Part shown: positions 49,951 to 63,545 of the stretch, piece by piece
Position numbering within the stretch: position 1 is the stretch's first letter
Layout: each line of letters begins with the position of its first letter
Position numbers and translations under genes: made by a program
From: Eledone cirrhosa
Lineage: Eukaryota
Length of the DNA: 64,000 nucleotides
Direction of reading: 5' to 3'
Assembly (NCBI GenBank): GCA_964016885.1
Contig: OZ024742.1
Location: 25,048,001 to 25,112,000 of the forward strand
The notes under the pieces: generated by a model
Databases searched by the model: none
The model's input: the letters and a program-made list of their open reading frames with translations, nothing else
What the model was told of the DNA's origin: nothing

Positions 49951-51158
49951 CCAAATAATGCAAAGCATTTTGTCCAATTCTCAATCAATCCTGCCTCTCC
50001 ACCACCCACTATGTAAACTATACAATATATAGATTTATATGTGCCACAATAAAAAAGCACACAGTCCTTACTGTAAATGTGGTTGGCATTACGTAGGGCA
50101 TCCAGCTGTAGAAACCAAGCCAGAAACAGTTGTGTATGAGTAAGACAAGGTTACCTGATCTAATATGTCTCACAATAGGACAACTTGTCTAACCTATGCT
50201 AGCATGGAAAAAGGATGTTAAATGGTGATGATGATAATGGTGATGCAACGTTTTTCTATGCTAGCATGAGGAGGACAGGATTTTTTTGAGGCAGTAGTTT
50301 ATAAATGGATGTTCCTCCTTTAGTTGTCTATTATGTCTGGCAGAGATACTGTGTACATCTTCTATAAACAAGGATATATGGTTAGATGCTGCCAAAATAC
50401 AGACAAGAATTTGTCGTTTACAATTGTATAAGAAAACTGTCAAATTTAAATCTTAGTAAAACACCATCCTACTTTCTAACTGAAGGCACAACACTGTTCA
50501 GATTGGCCATTCTGTTCAAGCCATCTCTATCTCTCTGAAAGATTAGAGAGCTTGTTAATGGAAGAGAAGAAGTGGTTCGTTAAAAGCACAGAAACATGGG
50601 AGGGTGCCAAGAATGAAGACAACAAAAGGTCTCCACACCTGCAGAAATCTTAACCAGCATTATATGCTAAATTATTCTAGCATGAGATTGAAGTAAATTT
50701 TTATCTAAAAATTAGTAATATAACAACATGTATTTGGTTTCTACGTATAACCTGCTATGAGACAATATGTTTATTTTATATATGTATATATATATTATCA
50801 TCATCTTCGTTTAATGCCCATATTCCATGCTAGCATGGGTAAGAGATATATATGCAGTCATATAGGATATGTCAGCTTATGAACTTTTCAGCTTAGATAT
50901 ATGTACATAAAGTAACAACTACAGTTTAGTATACTCACCTAACTTAGTTTCCTCACAACTGTACTAATGTATATTTGACAGATATATCTTATTGAAGGCA
51001 TAAATCATGATTATGTAATTAAAATTTAACAAACATTTTCACACACAAAAATTACCGACCGGATGCATGTATATGTCTTTGCATCCAGCCATCTTTCTCT
51101 CTGTCTACCTATATTATATGTGTTTACCTATATCTATCTGTCTATCTATATAAACAAT

Positions 51159-54061
51159 AGACAGGGACCCGGTGATTGGAAGCTAAACATGTCGCTCCCA
51201 GCGTATAAAGCCTACAGTAAACGGATTAGCACCTTAGTTAAGTGCCAGTTGACGGGGGCGATCGTCAATAACAGGTGGTGGAGCTCTCTCAAGAGAGCAA
51301 TTAGAATAGAATCGATAGCATTTAGCAAGGAGGTAGCTTTAGAAAAAAAAAAACTGAAAAGGAACTGGTAGCTAAAATAGAAGAGGCACTTAGGAATGGC
51401 AGTACTGCTGACGTGCTAGCGGCGAGAACGGCACTAGACCAGTTCTTCAATGTGAAACACGACGGTTGTATTGTCAGAAGTAGAACACGTGCTCTAAGAA
51501 ACGAGGGAGCCAAAGCTGTTAGCTGGGCCCGAGTGTCAGAGGCGAAAAGTGGCAACACATCCACAATTCGGTCTTTGCAAGACAAAGATGGACGCATTAT
51601 ACTTGAATCCAAGCAGATGTGCGCAGCCTTCCAGCAGCATTTTGCACAACTGTTCGGGCAAAGCGGTACATCGAGCGAGGTGATGGACTTCAGCTCCTAC
51701 CTCGACGACGTACCGCGACTCTCGAGCACGGATGCGGACAGCTGCGAAAGGCCGATCACAGCGGGCGAAATAGAAGATGCCTTAGGCCGCTGCGGGAAAC
51801 GCAAATCACCCGGTTTAGATGGTCTACCCTATGAGTTTTACATAGGCATGCCAGACTTGTTCTCTGGCATCCTCGAAACGGTCTACTGCAACTGGCAGCA
51901 GAACGGGAGGATTCCCAGTTCTGTAGGCAGAGGCGAAGTAATGCTGATCAGGAAAGATGAGAACAAGGGGGATGAGATAAGCAATTTCAGGCCCATAACT
52001 CTGCTCAACACAGAGTTAAAGATTTTGGCCAAGGTGTTAGCAGCAAGGCTGGCACTTGTCGTCGAGAACCTGGTAGGAGAAGCCCAAACGTGTGCAATCC
52101 CGACCAGGTCCATACACGATAACCTCCACCTCATGTGATACATCATAGAGAGGGTAGGGTGTAAACCTGGCTTTGGTGGGGCTCTGATCAATTTAGATCA
52201 GTCTAAGGCATTTGATAGGGTCGACCATCAATACTTGGAAGAAGTTCTCAAAGCGGCCAGCTTCGATCCCGTCTTCAGAGGCTAGATCGCTGCCATGCAC
52301 ACCAGCATCTGCTAGGCAGTCAAGGTGAATGGCTACCTATCAGAGCCATTCCAAATCATGCGTTCCATCCGTCAGGGATGCCCTCTCTCCTCCATTCTGT
52401 ATTTATTGACTCTCGAGCCATTACTGCGGAAATTGGAGCTGTTGCAGGGCATCCCGATCGAACCAGGACTGCGGAAAGCAGTGTCGGCCTATGCCGACGA
52501 CATAACCGTAATGGTGTCGAAAACCTCTGAAATCAGGGTAATCGGGAACCTATTACAGGAATACGAAACGTTGACAGGAGCAAGACTCTGTCGGTTTGCA
52601 ACTCGGTACATGGAGAGGCAAACCCATGCCTTCCGACAGTGTCGTTGGACGATGGTGAAATTGCTCGGGGTCTGGTTCTGTCCAGACCTCCAGGTGGACA
52701 AGAACTGGAACGGCGAAGGTGTTTGCACTCACCCAGAAGTGGGCTGAGTGCAAACTCTCCTTGAAAGGTTGAGCGGAGGTGGCGAACACTTACATAGCAT
52801 CCGTCATCTACTACCGCTTGACAGTCGTGCCTTGCCCACGCGAATACCTTACCAAAATGGAACGCCTACTCTTCAAATTCCTCTGGAAGAAACAGGCTCC
52901 ATTGGTGAGGAGATCCATCTGCTATCAACACCCTTCTAACGGAGGGCTGGGCATGCCGTGGCTGATGATGCGCAAACATGCGCTGAGGCTACGCCATCTC
53001 CAGGTATTCCTGACCGGTGAACTGGTGTGGCTGTCGTTTGTGAGACAAGCTTTTCCACAACTCGTCTCACTAACAGAGCTGCAGTCCTGGGTCAAGCGAA
53101 GAGCGAAAATGGGTGCCTGGCACCTCGAGTGCCTACAGGCGCTCACAGCCCTCTACCAAGTGGAAACGCCAATCAGCGGAGACTCCACTACGACATTCTA
53201 TATGGGATTAGTGGAGGATAAGTGCAACGACGCTCTCGGGGAAAATCTAGGCATCGAGGAGGACAAACTGACCAGTCTGCTCGGGAGGACATTCCGTCCA
53301 GGGTCTATTTATAACTTCCAGAGGTCTCTGGCCTGGCAGTGCTACCGAGGAGCTCTACCAGTTCGAGACAAAATCTACAGGCACGGACGCCTGGCAGAGA
53401 TCCTGCCAAAAGGACCTGCTCTAGATGCGAGCAGGACATCGAAACCGTTCTGCACGCAATTGTTCAGTGCCCAGGGGTGACCGACCTGTGGAATTATGTC
53501 GAACAGCTGCTGTCATGTGTGGGACGCATCCAGTTGTCAGCCGAGTCCATCGTTTAAGAACGAAGGAGAGGCGGTTTTCCTCTATCTGGTGGCTATGGCG
53601 AAAGAGGTAATATGGTGGACGAGATTAAAAGGACTGAGGGCAAACACCTTTCTCTCCGGACAACAACTTATCCCCTTCTTTAAGTATCACTTCAGAAGGA
53701 AAGTGAGAGTGGAGAGAGAGGTGCTACACCCCAGTAAATTGGCTGAAAGGTGGGTGAATGTGGCGAAAATGGCCCGAGTGGATGGGCCTTCACTGTATAT
53801 AAACCTGTAGGTTGAGGAAGATAAACAGAGAGAAGACAGGAACACCTACAAAACGTGTTCCTGGTGTTGAGGGTTGTTCTATCCATGGGGTGTAAAACAA
53901 CCCTGCAGTAACATTCCCCCCTACTGGGGATTTCAATTGTTATTTTATTATATATAGTTTATTGTTATTTATTAATGTTAAAGTTATTTTTATGTAAAAC
54001 CCCCTCCGTCACGTCTTGTAATGTCCCATTTTTGTACGCCCCTGTCGCAAATAAAGAAAGA
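51159..54061 (+). mobile_element. 5'-truncated Tx1/L1-clade non-LTR retrotransposon, pseudogenised ORF2, 16-bp TSD
   Basis: KSPGLDGLP.EFY, FRPITLLN.E.KILAK, DQSKAFDRV, RQGCPLS, YADD, GGLG, CSRC..ETVLHAIVQC; AATAAA at the end; tatctatataaacaat at 51143-51158 and 54062-54077. Confidence 0.92.
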
Positions 54062-54430
54062 TATCTATATAAACAATGAGTTAAAGACTTAGTTGACTTG
54101 CTTGTCACTGATCTATCAAGATCATTCTTGCTGGTATATCATGAAATAAATAGTGATGATATAAATTTATATCTTTCATTTATTACTATTATTATCCATC
54201 TTTATATATAGGTCATCATGTTCATTTGATATCCATTTATCCAGGCTAGCATGCATTGGATATATATATATATATATCCAGCTCTGTGCACCTAACCTCT
54301 GCATGAACCCAGTTCTCTAGCTGCTTCTCACTGAATATTGCACATTGAGCACATGCCTTTATGCTTTTGGCTTCTAACACCTTCACCAATCTCTCTTCTC
54401 CTCTCGTAGCCCCATATTTAAGATTATATA

Positions 54431-54520
<90 letters not shown>

Positions 54521-54539
54521 ATATGTATATATACATATA

Positions 54540-54646
<107 letters not shown>

Positions 54647-54667
54647 ATGTATATGTATATGTATGGA

Positions 54668-55027
54668 GGCACATGGCTTAGTATAATCGAAAGGTTGAGA
54701 GTTCAATTCCCAGACCGGGTGATGTGTTGTTGCCTTGAGCAAGACACTTAATTTCACATTGCTCCAGTTTACTCAGCTGCAGAAACGAGATGATAGGGAC
54801 TGGGGTCCCTATCATTCCACTGCAATGTGGTCGTGGAGGTGCCACGGCAAAAAAGCACCCAGCCCACACTGTAAAGTGGTCGCGGAGGTGCCACGGTACA
54901 AAAGCACCCAGCACTCACTGTAAATGAGGTTGGTGTTAGGAAGGACATCCGGCTGTAGAAATGAAGCCAGAATCAGTTCCCATCCCACCCTGCGCAAGCA
55001 GGGAAAAAGCGGACGTAAGATGATGAT
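54668..55027 (+). mobile_element. CORE-type SINE with RTE tail inside (TA)n
   Basis: Family match. Confidence 0.88.
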
Positions 55028-55045
55028 ATGTATATATATATATAT

Positions 55046-55308
55046 ATCATCATCATCATCGTTTAACGTCCATCTTCCACGCTTGCATGGGTTTGGACGG
55101 GAGTTTTCCTTGAGGCAAGATTGGTTGTCCTGCTCGTATAGGACTGTCTGGCGGGTTTTCTACGGTTGGATGCCCTTCCTAACACCAACCACGTTTACAG
55201 TGTGGACTGGGAGGTTTTTACCGTGTTACCTACACGGCCACATTAAAGCGTGGACTGTGTGTTTTTTTTGTCGTGACACCTACACGACCTCATTTGTTTC
55301 GGACTGGA
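55046..55308 (-). mobile_element. 3' UTR-only fragment of the RTE LINE
   Basis: Reverse complement of about 57953-58219. Confidence 0.9.
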
Positions 55309-55323
55309 TATATATGTATATAT

Positions 55324-58219
55324 CGGCTCCAGAATCCTGGAAATCTGTGACGTAAATAACCTAACTATCTGTAACACTAACTTCAAAAAACGAGACAATC
55401 ACTTGATCACCTACAGATCAGGGGAACATACCAGCCAGGTAGATTATATCCTCACCAGAAGACGTGACAGAGTGTCTGTTGTAAACACTAAATCCCTCCC
55501 CCATGAAGAATGCACCTCCTAACATAGACTGATAATTAGCGACCTCATAGTCAGGACGAGACGTACTCGAAAACAGAAGAGGACTTTCCTCAGGAGAAAA
55601 ATATGGAAGCTAAAGGACCCCACAACCAGAAATAAATTTAAAAGCATATTACTTGATGCTTTCGACAGTAAGGAAGAGCATTTAGAGTCGTACAATATAG
55701 AGGAACAGTGGGAATTTCCTGAAAGAAAACCTGCTGATGTCGGCAGACGAAGTCTGTGGCTGGAGCAGGCCTATAGGCAGGAGGAGAGTAACGTGGTGGT
55801 GGAACAGTAAGGTGGAGGAGTCAATTAAAGCCAAAAAGCAGGCTTGGAAAGTATGGCGAGATGGGGGAAGTAGAGAAGACTATCAAGTGGCCAGGAGGGA
55901 AGCTAGGAGACAAGTGTACTTCGCAAGAACTGAAGCAGAGGAAAGAAAGTTCAAGCATGTTCTACAACGCGAGGACCAAAAACGTGAGGTGTTCAGGATT
56001 GCTGGGAAATGTGTCAAGGAAAACCGTGATATTGTCGGGGAGACGTGTGTCCTTAATGATGATGGTGTACTTGCCATCACTGACCTGATAGGAAGGTAGC
56101 ATGGAAGTGTCACTACGAAAGGCTACTAAATGAGGAGAATAAATGGGAGAAAGACAGTCTCCCCCACATCGATCCAATAGAGGGACCAACAGAGTTAGTC
56201 GAAGGTGGTATAATAAATAAGGCAATCAAAGATATGAAGACGGGTAAGGCGGCTGGGCCTTCGGAAATAGTTGCTGAAATGCTGAAAGCTTCTGGAACGG
56301 TGGGACACACCATGGTCACTCGGATAGTAAACCAAGTCATACAGAATGGGGTCGTTCCGAAGGACTGGCATAGCAGCATCATCATTAACTGCTACAATGG
56401 TAAAGGAGATGCCCTAGATATGGGTAACTATAGAGGCATTAAATTAATCGACCAGGTCATGAAGGTCACAGAAAAAGTAATAGCGCAACTAATCAGAGAG
56501 AGAATTGATCTAGATGAAATGCAGTTCGGGTTTGTGTCAGGTAAAAGTACCACAGACGCTCTTTTCATTGTACGACAACTACAGGAGAAGTACCTAGCTA
56601 AAAGTAAACCCCTATACTTAGCTTTTGTTGACTTGGAGAAAGCCTTCGACAGAGTCCCCCGTTACATTATCTGGTGGGCTCTTAGAAAACTAGATGTTGA
56701 TGAATGGCTTGTGAGAGCTATACAATCATGTATAAAGAAACAGTCAGCAAGGTTAGAATTAACAACGAATATAGTGAAGAGTTTAGCGTAAAAGTTGGTG
56801 TTCATCAGGGCTCCGTTCTTAGCCCCCTACTATTTATTATTGCCCTTCAGGCTATAACAGTGGAGTTCAAGACCGGCTGCCCATGGGAACTCCTATACGC
56901 AGATTATCTAACGCTCATAGCTGAATCAATGTCTGAACTAGAGAAGAAATTCCAAACATGGAAGCATGGTCTAGAATCAAAAGACCTTAAAATTAACCTG
57001 TCTAAGACTAAAGTTCTAGTTTGTAGGAAGGAAAATAGGGCACTGGTCCCATCCGTGTGTAGGAAAGGAGTAGGTAAAAACTCCATTTTATGTCCCAAAT
57101 GCAAAGTATGGGTGCATAAAAGATGTAGTGGGATCACAGGTAAGCTAACTAAGAACATAGATTTTATATGTGGCCGGTGCTCTGGTGCAATAAGTAGCAG
57201 CAAGTGCCCACAGAATACGAGCTCATTCCATTGCACAGATGGTTCTATAGAAATAGTGGACACCTTCCGTTACTTGGGTGACAAAATCAGCAGTGGTGGA
57301 GGGTGCTCTGAAAGTACAGTAGCTAGAGTCAGAACTGGATGGAAAAGGTTCAGAGAGCTTAAACCACTATTAGCCGCTAAAGGGTTCTCTCTAAAAATGA
57401 AAGGCAGGCTGTATGATGCCTGAGTACGAACAACAATGTTACATGGCAGTGAGACCTGGGCATTGTGTGCAGAGGATATACGCAGACTGGAGAGGAACGA
57501 AGCTTGCATGCCCCGCTGGATGTGTAATAGTAATATACGTGAATGGCAAAGCATAAACGATCTAAGGGAAAAATTAGAAATAAGAGGGATCAGATGTTGT
57601 TTACTCGAGAGAAGACTACGTTGGTATGGTCACGTGATGCGCATGAAAGACGACAGCTGTATAACAAAGTGCAGGGCAATAAAGATAGATGGTAGCCACG
57701 GAGTAGGCAGACCCAGAAAAACATGGGACGACTTGATAAATTCCGACCTCACACACTTACACCTCTCCAAGACAATGTCACTGGACCGAGATCTTTGGCG
57801 CTACACAGTAATACAGAAGACCCGCCTTACCTAAGTACAAAGTGAAACCTACTACATTCAGTTGGCCCCTCTAACAAAATACACCCCCATCCCACTACCC
57901 CCACCCCATCCACACCACCCCTTTCAATGTAAAGTTATGTTGGTACCACAACATCCAGTCCGAAACAAATGAGGTCGTGTAGGTGTCACGACAAAAAAAC
58001 ACACAGTCCACGCTGTAATGTGGCCGTGTAGGTAACACGGTAAAAACCTCCCAGTCCACACTGTAAACGTGGTTGGTGTTAGGAAGGGCATCCAGCCGTA
58101 GAAATCCCGCCAGACAGTCCTATGCGAGCAAGACAACCACTCTTGCTTCAAGTGGGAAAACTCCCGTCCAAACCCATGCAAGCGTGGAAGATGGACGTTA
58201 AACGATGATGATGATGATG
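55324..58219 (+). mobile_element. 5'-truncated, multiply disrupted RTE LINE, same subfamily as 37749-40855
   Basis: Collinear peptides over four ORF pieces with stops and frameshifts; (GAT)n tail then (TA)n. Confidence 0.93.
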
Positions 58220-58262
<43 letters not shown>

Positions 58263-58499
58263 GTGTGTGTGTGTAAAAGTTTTATTTAAATTGTTGGGAT
58301 ACAACAACCAAATATTTTTATAACTGATATAAAGCACTCAACAAATATTTGGAGTAAAAATAAGATATTAACAAATGGAAACTATATTTATAAAACCATA
58401 TTTATTTCATTATACATATTCCAAGGACACCAAGTTAAATTATGGTGTGCTTTCATCAGATAAAATATAATATAGATCAGTTTTATAAATAAATATTGA

Positions 58500-59600
58500 C
58501 ATACCCTTAAAGAATGCAACCATTGGAGAAATACAAAGTAGCAAATAAAGACGACCTTGAAAAATTGAATACAGATGCCTCTTATATAATGCATGAACTA
58601 AGCATTGAAAATAGGACACAACCCTTCACGCCAAGGAAACCTAAGATTAATATGAAGGATCATAAAAGGAACTTCGAAACTGATTTACCAGTCAGATTAA
58701 TTGCACCATCTAAATCGGAGTTTGGCAGACTTAGCAAAAATATTCTAGACAGAATAATACCACACATTAAGAATTTATCTTATTTAAAATTATGGAAAGG
58801 AACTAGTTAAGTTATCGATTGGTTTAAAGATATTAAATATAACTATAATAATAAGTTTATTCAGTTGGATATTGCTAACTATTACTCATCTATCACTCCT
58901 AATCTACTGAATAAAGCACTAACTTACGCATTTAAACATACAGACCTAATTAGCAATGAAATGCACATTATATTATTCGCACGGAAAACATTACTAGAAT
59001 TTAATAACCAACTCTGGACTAGGGCAGATAGAAATAATAATTTCGATATAACTATGGGATCATCCGATTCCGTTCAGGTAACGGATCTTGTGGGCCTATT
59101 TATAATTAATTCTCTACATAGAAAAATACCTGAGATAACCGGAGGTTTATATCGTGCCGACATGCTTTTATAGAAAATAATAACTGTGAACTAAATAGAA
59201 AAAGAAAACAAATTATACAATTGTTTAATTACCTTAATCTAAAAGTAGAAATAGAGAATAACCATAAAATAGTTAACTTTCTAGATGTAACACTAAATCT
59301 TAACACATGTCTTCATTATCCATTTCACAAACTAAATGAGAACTTAAAATATGTCAATTTTAACTCTAATCACCCCAGATCCGTTAAAAATACAATACTG
59401 AACTCTGTACAAGAACGAATTTCGAGAATTTCAGCTAATAAGAATATATTTGATGAAAAAGCACATTATTACAACGAAGCGTTAGGTAGAGCTGGGTATA
59501 GAAATAAAATTAAATACATCGATAATAATAATAATATAACAACTAACCATAATCGTAACAATTTTAACTATGGTAACAATTTTCACAACTATAATAGAAA
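58500..59600 (+). pseudogene. Penelope-like element reverse transcriptase remnant (possibly Naiad-type); no GIY-YIG domain seen
   Basis: KDHK..PVRLI.P.KSE.G.LSK.ILD, DIANYYSSI, FDITMGS.D...DLVG, GLYRAD (degenerate YxDD), VNFLDVTL, YVNFNSNHP; stops and frameshifts. Confidence 0.85.
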
Positions 59601-59607
59601 ACCTTAC

Positions 59608-60147
59608 ATATATACATACTACTGTACGTCTGTATACATATATGTATGTACGTGTACATACTTATATTTAAGTAACAGCCGTACTAAGAGTGGGAAATGA
59701 AATTTCGTTTCATTATTTCCGTTTATCGTTTTCGGTGCACCCGGCCGATTAACCCACTCGATATGCAAATTGGGCTACTCAGCCGTTAATATGCATAAGG
59801 TAAGTATATACGTTCAACAATCTGGCAGGAAGGTATACGTTGCTGACGATAGCTAATAAGCTTGAAACTAGTACAGCGTTCCTTTGTCAGTGTTGAACAA
59901 ACGAGCAACAATGGTTGCTAGATACTACGGCTTAATACGGGATGCTTGTTTACAAACACACCGAGCATTATAATAAATGTTTGGTGAATCCATACGTACA
60001 TATATATATGTGTGCATGTATGTATATATATATATACATACTACTGTACGTCTGTATCCATATATGTATGTACGTGTATATACTTATATTTAAGTAACAG
60101 CCGTACTAAGAGTGGGAAATGAAATTTCGTTTTATTTTTTCCGTTTA
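59608..60147 (+). repeat. Partial tandem repeat, period 422 bp (pseudo-LTR-like)
   Basis: catactactgtacg..tttccgtttat begins at 59615 and 60037. Confidence 0.9.
59812..59898 (+). ncRNA. Type I hammerhead ribozyme fold with extended stem I
   Basis: acgttg-CTGACGA-t agct aata agct t-GAAAC-TA-GTA-cagcgt; stem I continues aagg/cctt, ctggca/tgtcag, gttcaaca/tgttgaac. Confidence 0.85.
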
Positions 60148-60187
60148 TATATATATATATATGTATATGTATATATATCTATATATA

Positions 60188-60273
<86 letters not shown>

Positions 60274-60357
60274 TATATATAGATATATATACATATACAT
60301 ATATATATATATATAAACGGAAAAAATGAAACGAAATTTCATTTCCCACTCTTAGTA
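60104..60357. repeat. 254-bp near-perfect palindrome centred on (TA)n
   Basis: ORFs 60119..60316(+) and 60145..60342(-) translate identically; one mismatch seen. Confidence 0.92.
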
Positions 60358-60396
60358 ACTGTTGAAAATTGCAAACTCGACTGTCACCACATATTA

Positions 60397-60435
60397 TGAA
60401 CCTGAAGATTGCGAAAGCATGAAAGTACTTGTTCA
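60397..60435 (+). ncRNA. Minimal type I hammerhead ribozyme fold
   Basis: tgaac-CTGAAGA-t tgc gaaa gca t-GAAAG-TA-CTT-gttca. Confidence 0.8.
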
Positions 60436-60547
60436 ATTAACACTTAGAATTTAATATTCTATCATACTATTTCATTATAATACCATTATATATTTTAAAG
60501 GATTGTAAATAAAACGAGTAAATCAGACAAAGTTGGAATTCCTCTTA

Positions 60548-60591
<44 letters not shown>

Positions 60592-60784
60592 GATAAATCT
60601 ACCAAGAGTTTACGGTAGTGTCCAATCCGTATGAAGAACTCAATGTATTCCGGATATCATGGAAAGAAGAGATGTAATGAAAAATCACTTTCGGTAAAAG
60701 ATAAACGGTATACAGAGTCAAGATAAAATATTAAACAAATAATGAATAAACAATGAAACAGTTCCTTATATTAAACAAAAAAAG

Positions 60785-60938
60785 TTCATTATTTAACGAT
60801 CGTTTCTAGGATATATATGTGTTAGAATTGGCATGCATATTCAATAGATCTATGTACAAAATTATACAAAATTATACAAACTATCAAGATTAAATATACA
60901 TACCAACACATATATACGCCGTCTTCAGAAATAATGAA
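60785..60938 (-). ncRNA. Type I hammerhead ribozyme fold with a ~115-nt stem II domain
   Basis: ttcattattt-CTGAAGA-..tatatatgtgttgg..ctaacacatatata..-GAAAC-GATC-GTT-aaataatgaa. Confidence 0.78.
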
Positions 60939-61566
60939 ATATATTTATTGATAATAACAACAATTCAAAATTTCAGGTCCGTTTGGGAACAAAATTGACC
61001 AATGAAAATACAAAAGGTTTAATGCAGTTCGGTGTGTGTATATACATGTAACTACCCTTACACATATTTTACAAAAATGTATGCACAACTTGTATACGCA
61101 TACCAAAAGGATGGATGCAAATACAAAATTTCAAGGTTAATGTCTCTGTAAGTTTATAATGCACAGATAAGATGCGTATAGACACATAAATATGAAATAA
61201 GTGTATACACATATTCTCATACTCACACATATCCGTACAATCACACACACACGCGCGTATATGCATAAACATACACATAACTACGAACATACAAACACAC
61301 ACACACCCCCACTCAAATATATATATGTGGATATAAAATCCTAAGCACATGGATATTAATTCACTCACATAAACACTGGCACACACATTTAGATCAAGAT
61401 ACAGAAATTAGGTGGGAGGGGGGGGAGAGGTCAGTATTCAACGGTTTGGGCAGACTGCTTAATATAGATGTATCTATAAACTAAGAAAATAAAAAATAAT
61501 AAATAATAAATAAACATTAAAAAGGAAAGAAAAGAAAAAGAAAAAAGAAAAAAGAAATATATCAAG

Positions 61567-61569
<3 letters not shown>

Positions 61570-61618
<49 letters not shown>

Positions 61619-61769
61619 CACCACATATATACACATATACATATACATACACATATACAAACACATACATACATATACACACATCCACACTTAGAACATA
61701 CATATACACACATATATAAACATACATATACACACATACATACATATACACACATACATATAAATACAC

Positions 61770-61833
<64 letters not shown>

Positions 61834-62111
61834 ATACACATATAATCACACATACTATATAGACACACATATATATACACACATACACGCACATATACAT
61901 ACACTTACATACTTATATACATACAGATATACACATACATACCTATATATACACACAAATACATACAGACATACATACATATATACAGACAAATACTTAC
62001 GCATCTATATATCGGTATATACATACAAACACCACTACACTCTCACACAACTCAGACATACAAAGAAAAAGGTATATACCTATACACATATACATATACA
62101 AATAGAGAAAC

Positions 62112-62176
<65 letters not shown>

Positions 62177-62376
62177 CACATATACACACATACACATACA
62201 TACACATACATACATGTACATACACATAGATATATATACACACATACACACATACACACATACATATATAGTCATACACACACATACACCTACACGAACA
62301 TACACATACACATATATAAATATATATATACACACACACACACACACATACACACACACACATATATATAAAATAA

Positions 62377-62411
<35 letters not shown>

Positions 62412-62985
62412 CATATACATACACACATACATAGACATATATGTACATACATACACATACATAGATACATACACACACATACATATATATATACACACAT
62501 AGACATATACATACATACACACACAACATACATACACACATATATACTCATACATAGAATTAGATATATATTCATACATACATACGCACTTACATATACT
62601 CATATATACAAATACATACGCATCCATATATGCGTATATACATAGAAACACCACTACACCCTCACCCAACTCAGACATACAAAGAAAAAGGCATATACAT
62701 ATACATATATACACGCATTAATAGAGATATATATACACATATATATATATATATATATATACACATACACTTATATATATATATACACACACACACATAC
62801 AACCATAAATACACATACAAACACCCACATATACATATATATACACATATATATATATATACACACACATAAAAAAATAGACATGCACATATATATTTTT
62901 TTACACATATATATACACACACATATACATATACACACCCTCACATATACACACATACACATAAGTTATATTATAATAATAAATA

Positions 62986-63040
<55 letters not shown>

Positions 63041-63291
63041 CGAATATAGACATATATACACACATAGATATATACATATATATATACACATACACATACA
63101 CACACACATATACACACTCACATATATATGTGTGTGCACACACACATATATACACATACACACATATACACATAAACACATATATGTGTATACATGCACA
63201 CACACACACATATATCCACATAGATACGAAGATAGACATATAAATAGAGAGACATACATATATATACACACACACATATACATACATACAT

Positions 63292-63356
<65 letters not shown>

Positions 63357-63545
63357 CACACATACACATACACATATATATACACATGCATATATACACA
63401 TATACACATACATACACACATATATATACACACACAATCTTACATTCTTATTTGCATGCGCATATATGTATTTTTATATTCAGATATAAATACCCAAACA
63501 TATATACACCTACCTACATATATATTCATACATACACGCTTACAA
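61570..63545. repeat. Mixed (TA)n/(CA)n/(TACA)n microsatellite field
   Basis: Direct inspection. Confidence 0.95.
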
